In this document: piece by piece, positions 54,264-64,000 of the stretch
Layout: every line of letters starts with the position of its first letter
How positions within the stretch are numbered: position 1 is the stretch's first letter
Translations under genes and position numbers: made by a program
Assembly (NCBI GenBank): GCA_964016885.1
Contig: OZ024763.1
Span: 23,374,001-23,438,000, forward strand
Source: Eledone cirrhosa
Taxonomy: Eukaryota
Direction: 5' to 3'
DNA: 64,000 nt
The notes under the pieces: generated by a model
The model's input: the letters and a program-made list of their open reading frames with translations, nothing else
The model's database searches: none
What the model was told of the DNA's origin: nothing

Positions 54264-56607
54264 TTGAAGAGATAAGACACTTTCCCATTCTTCTCTGCTA
54301 AAATGTATCACTAGAGTTGATTCCAATTTTTCCAGCCATCCATCTAATCTACGAAGGTATTTTAGCCTACATATTGTCGTTAATATTATGATGTTCCCTG
54401 CTGTATTAGCGTTAAATTTTCCCTGCTGTATTAGCGATAAATTTTCGAGGGTTTCTCTTAGTAGTTTTTCATGACGTTATTATTGTTAATTTTACTGATG
54501 TAGTATTAACTTGGATATTTACCATGCGGTATTCTAATCCTATTGTATCTCTCTCAGTTATTTACCATGCGACCCTCAGTTCCTACCCCCCTCTCTATGC
54601 ACTTCTTTAAGGCTTACTACCCTGTCTTTAACCTAATTCATTCAATCTGAAAATATTGAAGAGATAAGACACTTTCCCATTCTTCTCTGCTAAAATGTAT
54701 CACTAGAGTTGATTCCAATTTTTCCAGCCATCCATCTAATCTACGAAGGTATTTTAGCCTACATATTGTCGTTAATATTATGATGTTCCCTGCTGTATTA
54801 GCGTTAAATTTTCCCTGCTGTATTAGCGATAAATTTTCAAGGGTTTCTCTTAGTAGTTTTTCATGACGTTATTATTGTTAATTTTACTGATGTAGTATTA
54901 ACTTGGATATTTACCATGCGGTATTCTAATCCTATTGTATCTCTCTCAGTTATTTACCATGCGACCCTCAGTTCCTACCCCCCCTCTCTATGCACTTCTT
55001 TAAGGCTTACTACCTTGTCTTTAACCTAATTCATTCAATCTGAAAATATTGAAGAGATAAGACACTTTCCCATTCTTCTCTGCTAAAATGTATCACTAGA
55101 GTTGATTCCAATTTTTCCAGCCATCCATCTAATCTACGAAGGTATTTTAGCCTACATATTGTCGTTAATATTATGATGTTCCCTGCTGTATTAGCGTTAA
55201 ATTTTCCCTGCTGTATTAGCGATAAATTTTCGAGGGTTTCTCTTAGTAGTTTTTCATGACGTTATTATTGTTAATTTTACTGATGTAGTATTAGCGTTAA
55301 ATTTTCCCTGCTGTATTAGCGATAAATTTTCGAGGGTTTCTCTTAGTAGTTTTTCATGACGTTATTGTTAATTTTACTGATGTAGTATTAACTTGGATAT
55401 TTACCATGCGGTATTCTAATCCTATTGTATCTCTCTCAGTTATTTACCATGCGACCCTCAGTTCCTACCCCCCCCTCTCTATGCACTTCTTTAAGGCTTA
55501 CTACCCTGTCTTTAACCTAATTCATTCAATCTGAAAATATTGAAGAGATAAGACACTTTCCCATTCTTCTCTGCTAAAATGTATCACTAGAGTTGATTCC
55601 AATTTTTCCAGCCATCCATCTAATCTACGAAGGTATTTTAGCCTACATATTGTCGTTAATATTATGATGTTCCCTGCTGTATTAGCGTTAAATTTTCCCT
55701 GCTGTATTAGCGATAAATTTTCGAGGGTTTCTCTTAGTAGTTTTTCATGACGTTATTATTGTTAATTTTACTGATGTAGTATTAACTTGGATATTTACCA
55801 TGCGGTATTCTAATCCTATTGTATCTCTCTCAGTTATTTACCATGCGACCCTCAGTTCCTACCCCCCCTCTCTATGCACTTCTTTAAGGCTTACTACCCT
55901 GTCTTTAACCTAATTCATTCAATCTGAAAATATTGAAGAGATAAGACACTTTCCCATTCTTCTCTGCTAAAATGTATCACTAGAGTTGATTCCAATTTTT
56001 CCAGCCATCCATCTAATCTACGAAGGTATTTTAGCCTACATATTGTCGTTAATATTATGATGTTCCCTGCTGTATTAGCGTTAAATTTTCCCTGCTGTAT
56101 TAGCGATAAATTTTCGAGGGTTTCTCTTAGTAGTTTTTCATGACGTTATTATTGTTAATTTTACTGATGTAGTATTAACTTGGATATTTACCATGCGGTA
56201 TTCTAATCCTATTGTATCTCTCTCAGTTATTTACCATGCGACCCTCAGTTCCTACCCCCCCTCTCTATGCACTTCTTTAAGGCTTACTACCCTGTCTTTA
56301 ACCTAATTCATTCAATCTGAAAATATTGAAGAGATAAGACACTTTCCCATTCTTCTCTGCTAAAATGTATCACTAGAGTTGATTCCAATTTTTCCAGCCA
56401 TCCATCTAATCTACGAAGGTATTTTAGCCTACATATTGTCGTTAATATTATGATGTTCCCTGCTGTATTAGCGTTAAATTTTCCCTGCTGTATTAGCGAT
56501 AAATTTTCGAGGGTTTCTCTTAGTAGTTTTTCATGACGTTATTATTGTTAATTTTACTGATGTAGTATTAACTTGGATATTTACCATGCGACCCTCAGTT
56601 CCTACCT
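54258..56607. repeat. ~393-bp tandem repeat, 5 full copies plus 1 partial
   Basis: ATATTGAAGAGATAAGAC occurs at 54261, 54653, 55046, 55537, 55930 and 56323; the third copy has an internal ~98-bp duplication. Confidence 0.95.
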
Positions 56608-59600
56608 CACAATTTCCCTCCCCCCCACCCCCACACACCACCATAGTCTATTCGACCAATCAAACCTAGCATGCCATTTCCACTGCTGCTGCTACTACCT
56701 GCCTAACTAACTCTCTCCTCCTCTGGCGCATCCCAACACACCCTGCCATTACCCCACCACCACTGTTCTTCTAGCTCTCAATTTTCCCACCGTTATGGAT
56801 GGATGAGCTGGGAATACACGAGCAACTCTGAATCAATAGATGAAATATGAATCTGCGAGCTACCAAGCACCCACGTGAAGCGCCAACCCAGAGACCCTCC
56901 CCTGCGAGTGTCGACAAATGCCCAAAACTCCGAGTTGGTACCATCAATGTAGGCTCAATGAAAGGAAGAGCAGGAGAAATCGTAGAAATGCTAGAGCGAA
57001 AGGAAGTTGATGTATGCTGTGTGCAAGAGACTAGATGGAGAGGAGGGTCTGCTAGAGTCCTTGTAGGAAAAAGCCAGTGCTACAAATTTTTCTGGGTGGG
57101 AAATGACGATGGGATGGGTGGTGTAGGTATACCATTAGCTGACAAGTGGGTAGATAAAGTAATCTCAGTGTACAGGGTAAATGCAAGAATCATTAAACTC
57201 AGACTAGTCCTGAATAAGACAATTACCACAATAATATCAGCTTACGCACCCCAATCGGGGCTGCCAGACGAACTTAAGGATAGGTTTTACGAGTCCCTAA
57301 TACACACTACTGCTCTAACAGACGACAAGGACTTCCTAATCATTGCAGGAGATTTTAACGGACACGTAGGTAAACACTGCGACGGCTTCAATAGAGTACA
57401 TGGAGGCCATGAAGTTGGCACAAGGAATGAGGAAGGATTCAGACTTCTAGAATTCTGCGACGCCAATGACATGTCGATATGTAACACAAACTTTAAAAAA
57501 CCCGACAACCACCTGATCACCTATAGATCAGGGGAGCACTCTAGTCAGTTAGATTTTATCCTCATCAGAGGACGTGACAGATGGACGGTCGTAAACACAA
57601 AAGCCTTCCCTAGTGAGGAATGTACATCCCAACATAGCTTAGTTGTCAGCGACCTCACGGTCAGAACTAGACGAGCCCTGAAACAGAGGCCAACCTGGAG
57701 AAGAAAGATCTGGAAGCTGAAAGTCCTCTCAACCAGTAACAGATTTAAAGATATTTTACTCAACGCCTACGACAGTAAAGAAGAACAGATAGAGACATTT
57801 AACGTAGAAGAGAACTGGGAGTTCCTAAAAAATAACTTACTAGAGGCGACGGATGAGGTTTGTGGCTGGAGTAAGACCTCAAGCAGGAGGAGAGTGACTT
57901 GGTGGTGGAACAATAAGGTAGATGAAGCAGTCAAGGCCAAGAGACAGGCATGGAAAGAATGGAAGAACGGGGGGAGCAGGGTACATTACATAGAGACCAA
58001 GAGGGAAGCTAGGCGACAAGTATACTTAGCTAGGAGGGAAGCAGAGGATAGAAAATTCAAGCATGTTTTACAACGTGAGGACCAGAAACAGGAGGTATTC
58101 AAGATTGCGAGGCAGTGTGTCAGAGATAGTTGTGATGTCATTGGAGAGAAGTGTATCCGGAATGATAAAGGTGAGCTTGCCCTCACAAGTGCTGAGAAGA
58201 AAGATGCATGGAAGAGTCATTATGATAGATTACTAAATGAGGAGAATGCATGGGAAGAAGAGACCCTACCCCACGTAGACCCTATAGAGGGACCAGCAGT
58301 ACAAGTCAGCGGCAGCGTAGTAAGTAAGGCAATCAGAGATATGAAGATAGGGAAGGCAACCGGTCCATCGGGTATAGCTGCCGAGATGCTGAAGGCATCT
58401 GGGTCTGTAGGTCACACTATAACCACACGTATCGTTAACCAGGTAATACTAGAGGGGGCCATACCAAAAGATTGGTGCAGTAGCATCATTGTCAACTGCT
58501 ACAAAGGTAAAGGCGATGCACTAGATAGAGGAAACTATAGAGGTATAAAGTTGATGGACCAGGTCATGAAAGTAACAGAAAGAGTTATAGCACAGCTGAT
58601 TAGGGACCGGGTGAATATAGACGAGATGCAATTTGGGTTTGTACCAGGGAAAGGCACCACTGATGCCCTCTTCCTTGTGAGGCAATTACAGGAAAAGTAC
58701 CTGACTAAAAGTAAGCCACTCTACTTGGCATTTGTCGACCTTGAGAAAGCCTTTGACAGAGTTCCACGTGCAGTAATCTGGTGGGCTCTTAGAAAACTAG
58801 GAGTAGATGAATGGCTTGTGAAAGCGGTACAAGCCATGTATAGGGGAGCAGTCAGCAAAGTTAGGATTGGCAATGAGTATAGCGAGGAATTTAGCGTACA
58901 GGTTGGGGTCCACCAGGGCTCTGTTCTTAGCCCTCTCCTGTTCATCATAGTCCTGCAGGCAATAACGGAGGAGTTTAAGACCGGATGCCCATGGGAACTC
59001 CTGTATGCTGATGACCTCGCACTCATAGCTGAATCTATGGTAGAACTAGAGAATAAATTCCAAACCTGGAAGCAGGGACTAGAGAGAAAGGGCCTCAAAG
59101 TCAACATGACAAAGACTAAGGTCCTTATAAGTAGACGAGAAAACAGAACCCAGATCCCCTCAGGGAAATGGCCTTGCTCAGTATGTAGGAAAGGTGTAGG
59201 TAGGAACTCCATTCTCTGCCCCAAATGCAAACAATGGGTACACAAGAGATGTAGCGGGATCTCAGGAAGCTTAATTAAGAATGTAGGATTCACATGCAGC
59301 AGCTGTGCTGAAACAGCAAGCAAACAGCCACAGGAAACAAGTACCACCAATCTCTGGGAGGGCTCTGTAGAAACAGTAGACAGCTTCTGCTACCTAGGTG
59401 ACCGAATTAGCAACGGAGGTGGGTGCTCAGAAAGTACAATAACTAGGGTAAGAACGGGATGGAAGAAGTTTAGGGAACTACTACCACTGCTAGCTGCAAA
59501 AGGCTTCTCCCTCAGAATGAAAGGCAGACTGTATGATGCGTGTATCCGAACAGCGATGTTGCATGGTAGTGAGACCTGGGCGCTGAAGGTGGAAGACTTA

Positions 59601-60265
59601 CGTAGATTAGAGAGAAACGAAGCCTGCATGCTCCGATGGATGTGTAACAGTAATATACGTGAACGACAAAGCATAAAGGAATTGAGAGAGAGACTGAGCA
59701 TAAGAGGAATCAAATGCTGCGTGCAGGAGAGGCGGTTACGCTGGTATGGACATGTGATGCGTATGAAGGATGACAGCTGCATAAAAAGGTGCAGAGCACT
59801 AGAAGTTGATGGAAACCGCGGAGTGGGGAGACCCAAGATGACTTGGGATGAGGTGATAAAAGCCGACCTTACCCAACTACACCTCTCAAAGTCAATGACA
59901 CACGACCGTGACTTCTGGCGTCACGCAGTAATACAGGGTACCCGACCTCCCATGGGTACATGCTGAAGCATATAAACAATATGCCCCCCCCCCCCCACCG
60001 CAAGGTGGTCGTGGAGGTGCCACGGCAAAAAAGCACCCAGCCCACACTGTAAAGTGGACGTGTAGGCGCCACGAAAAAGCACCCAGCACTCACTGTAAAT
60101 GAGGTTGGTGTTAGGAAGGGCATCCAGCTGTAGAAATCAAGCCAGATCAGTTCCTGTATGAGCAAGGCATGGTCAGCCGACCAGACACTGCCCACAACAG
60201 GACAACCCGTCTAACCCATGCTAGCGTGGAAGAACGGACGTAAAACGGTGATGATGATGATGATG
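54264..60265 (+). mobile_element. Apparently full-length RTE-clade LINE; 5' boundary inferred to include the 393-bp array
   Basis: Single intact ORF, 3' UTR and (GAT)n tail ending ~60265; the two flanks rejoin into the contiguous sequence seen at 40840-40940 (-). Confidence 0.75.
56847..59966 (+). CDS. RTE ORF: APE endonuclease, RT and PHD-like finger (1039 aa)
   Basis: GTINVGSM, CVQETRW, SAYAPQ, GDFNGHVG, LDFIL, SQH; YRGIKL, QFGF, FVDLEKAFD, QGSVLSP, LYADD; C4HC3 finger; RRLRWYGHV. Confidence 0.97.
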   Translation: MNLRATKHPREAPTQRPSPASVDKCPKLRVGTINVGSMKGRAGEIVEMLERKEVDVCCVQETRWRGGSARVLVGKSQCYKFFWVGNDDGMGGVGIPLADKWVDKVISVYRVNARIIKLRLVLNKTITTIISAYAPQSGLPDELKDRFYESLIHTTALTDDKDFLIIAGDFNGHVGKHCDGFNRVHGGHEVGTRNEEGFRLLEFCDANDMSICNTNFKKPDNHLITYRSGEHSSQLDFILIRGRDRWTVVNTKAFPSEECTSQHSLVVSDLTVRTRRALKQRPTWRRKIWKLKVLSTSNRFKDILLNAYDSKEEQIETFNVEENWEFLKNNLLEATDEVCGWSKTSSRRRVTWWWNNKVDEAVKAKRQAWKEWKNGGSRVHYIETKREARRQVYLARREAEDRKFKHVLQREDQKQEVFKIARQCVRDSCDVIGEKCIRNDKGELALTSAEKKDAWKSHYDRLLNEENAWEEETLPHVDPIEGPAVQVSGSVVSKAIRDMKIGKATGPSGIAAEMLKASGSVGHTITTRIVNQVILEGAIPKDWCSSIIVNCYKGKGDALDRGNYRGIKLMDQVMKVTERVIAQLIRDRVNIDEMQFGFVPGKGTTDALFLVRQLQEKYLTKSKPLYLAFVDLEKAFDRVPRAVIWWALRKLGVDEWLVKAVQAMYRGAVSKVRIGNEYSEEFSVQVGVHQGSVLSPLLFIIVLQAITEEFKTGCPWELLYADDLALIAESMVELENKFQTWKQGLERKGLKVNMTKTKVLISRRENRTQIPSGKWPCSVCRKGVGRNSILCPKCKQWVHKRCSGISGSLIKNVGFTCSSCAETASKQPQETSTTNLWEGSVETVDSFCYLGDRISNGGGCSESTITRVRTGWKKFRELLPLLAAKGFSLRMKGRLYDACIRTAMLHGSETWALKVEDLRRLERNEACMLRWMCNSNIRERQSIKELRERLSIRGIKCCVQERRLRWYGHVMRMKDDSCIKRCRALEVDGNRGVGRPKMTWDEVIKADLTQLHLSKSMTHDRDFWRHAVIQGTRPPMGTC

Positions 60266-60396
60266 AATTATGGTTTTATAAATATAGTTTCCATTTATTA
60301 ATATATTGAATATTTACCCCAGTAAGCTGTTGAGTGCTTTATATCAGTTATAAAACTTTTAAGCTTGTTGAATCCCAACAAATTAAATATAACCTC

Positions 60397-60441
<45 letters not shown>

Positions 60442-60534
60442 CTATCTATCTGTCTGTCTATACGTGAGTTGTATGCAACAATAACAAAGAATTTCCTTAC
60501 ACAAGGTGTATATAAGTTTCAATGAGAAAGAATG

Positions 60535-60792
60535 TTTGTGTGTGTGTGTATAGGTGTTTGTGAACTTCTGTGTGTGTGGTTGTGTACATCTATGTATATA
60601 TGTGTGTGTGTTTGTGTGTACATCTGTCTGTGTGTGTCTATGTATGTGTGTGTGTCTATATGTATTTGTGTGTGTCTATATATATGTATGTGTGCGTGTG
60701 TGTCTATATATGTATGTGTGTCTATATGTGTGTGTCTATATATATATGTATGTGTGCGTGTGTGTCTATATATGTATGTATGTGTGTGTGTG

Positions 60793-60825
<33 letters not shown>

Positions 60826-60835
60826 CTATATATCT
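60535..60835. repeat. (TG)/(TA) compound microsatellite
   Basis: Direct inspection. Confidence 0.95.
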
Positions 60836-61621
60836 AATATATATTTGTGAAATGGACGGTGGTTGAAATTCAGATGTGCACGGTTAAATGGTAGTAGACG
60901 TGGTCAGACTGACATGAAAATTTACACACCTATGTAAAAAGTGCCAAGGAAGCAAATAGACTAGGTTTCAAATCTCTAACTTGAAAAATGTGAGTTATTC
61001 CCCCTGTTCTAATACTTTTGTCTTACAGTAAATAAAGGATTATGTTTCGTCACTATATATATATATATAATATGAAAACGCTTTAATAAAAAAAAATATC
61101 AACTGTAATGTATGTATGCATGTATTTATGTGTTTATATGAGCGGGGATATGCAAGTAATTCTTACTTTGTGGACAGCTTATCCTTAGCATAATAGTCAT
61201 GCTAGAACAGCATATATTTGAAAGTTTTCAGGGAGTTGAATTACTGATTTTGGATCGGCAGCTTTAGCTTTGAAAAAATGAAATGTGCAGTGTAAACATT
61301 TTTTATTATTCCTCCGGGGATGAATCTTCTTTGCATTTTTCTATCTCTTTCTTTCTCTCTGGAAGAAATCAGCCGTAGTAAGACCTAAAAATATGGTTAG
61401 ATACACCATGACGCACCGTGCATCACGGTGGAGTTGAAAAGCAGACTCAGAACATGGCGTTGTGTGGGGGTGGCTCACAGCCCAATGTTCCAGGGGGAGC
61501 AAAAGAAGAAGTGAGTTAGAGTCCTATCAAATATGTAGGTTGTGTCTTAAATTGAAGGTTTAGTAGAAACAATTCATGTATAGTTTTGTACTTTTCTTTT
61601 TGTCATTCATATATAAACAAA

Positions 61622-62834
<1,213 letters not shown>

Positions 62835-62984
62835 CTATATGTGTGTGTATATATATATATATGTGTGTGTATGTGTGACAAAGCAGATTGCTGTTCTATA
62901 GAAGGTGTCTTGCTCTAATAACTGCTATTTACTTCTTCCAGTTTTGCTGCTACAGACATAGTTGTGACTGCATACCTATACTGT

Positions 62985-63260
62985 CACCACTACTACTACT
63001 GTCACTACTACTACTACTGTTACCCCTATTACTACTGTCACTACTACTACTGTTACCACTACTACTGTCACTACTACTGTCAATACTACTACTACTGTCA
63101 ATACTACTACTACTACTGTCACTACTACTACTGTTACCACTACTACTACTGTCACTACTACTACTACTACTGTTACCACTACTACTACTACTGGCACTAC
63201 TACTACTACTGTCACCATTACTACTACTGCCACCACTACTACTGCCTTTACTACCGTCAC
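62985..63260. repeat. (TAC)n-based compound microsatellite
   Basis: Direct inspection. Confidence 0.95.
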
Positions 63261-63529
63261 CCCCCCCCCCTCCATCACCATCATTGCTTCATTAGTCACC
63301 ACATGCCTCTGCCTTCTACCTGAAACCCTCGCCTTCACCCTCCTACTCTCCCAATTAACTGACCACCACCACCACCACCACCATCGTCACCACCACCAAC
63401 AACAAAACTTTGTTTTCTTACTACAATGACTGTTGCTTGCTTCCATTTTGTCAAATATATTCATTCTATTTTTGTTGTACCTGATTTATCTCACTTGCAT
63501 ATACAGGTGACACAAACTGGCTCAAACTG

Positions 63530-63842
63530 AACCCCTTTTGTTACTATATTTCTAAAACACTGTCTATGTCATTAACCCTTTCATTACCATATTTCTAATG
63601 AAAGACACTGTCTATGTCATTAACCCTTTCATTACCATATTTCTAATGAAAGACACTGTCTATGTCTTTAACCCTTTCATTACCATATTTCTAATGAAAG
63701 ACACTGTCTATGTCTTTAACCCTTTCATTACCATATTTCTAATGAAAGACAGTGTCTTTGTCTTTAACCCTTTCATTACCATATTTCTAATGAAAGACAC
63801 TGTCTATGTCTTTAACCCTTTCATTACCATATTTCTAATGAT
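63530..63842. repeat. 48-bp tandem repeat of a TTAA-CCCTTT MITE-like terminus, ~6.5 copies
   Basis: Unit TTAACCCTTTCATTACCATATTTCTAATGAAAGACACTGTCTATGTCT; it resembles the reverse complement of 3632-3660. Confidence 0.88.
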
Positions 63843-64000
63843 GGAAGGTTTTTAGCTAAATATGAACATTTAACATTTTACTAATCGTATATGGATTTTA
63901 AAGAGGGTGCTGAGATATTGGTTGTAGGGAAAGAAGGGGTCAGTGTGGAGAGTTGTAGGGATATTTTCGTGGTATTGGAAAAAGGGATTTCGGAGACGAG

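Overview
AT-rich, microsatellite-dense animal genomic DNA; the repeat families suggest a coleoid cephalopod (octopus-like), which is inference. One spliced + strand gene spans most of the window. I can chain 9 phase-consistent GT-AG coding exons from 3774 to the stop at 51871; the 5' end lies upstream of the window, and about 2459 aa are visible. The protein has the C-terminal half of an NB-ARC/STAND-like NTPase with a winged-helix domain, then TPR-like repeats, then a ~1500-aa hierarchical tandem repeat in which most units carry YxxQ. Introns and flanks hold two intact tandem L1/Tx1-clade LINEs at the same satellite position, a mariner pseudogene, a TTAA MITE family that seeds two satellites, and CR1 fragments with a 61-bp satellite. 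They also hold SINEs, truncated RTE copies, an intact PHD-finger RTE LINE preceded by a 393-bp array, a candidate Helitron and five minimal hammerhead-ribozyme motifs. All calls were made by eye with no database searches; repeat boundaries are approximate.
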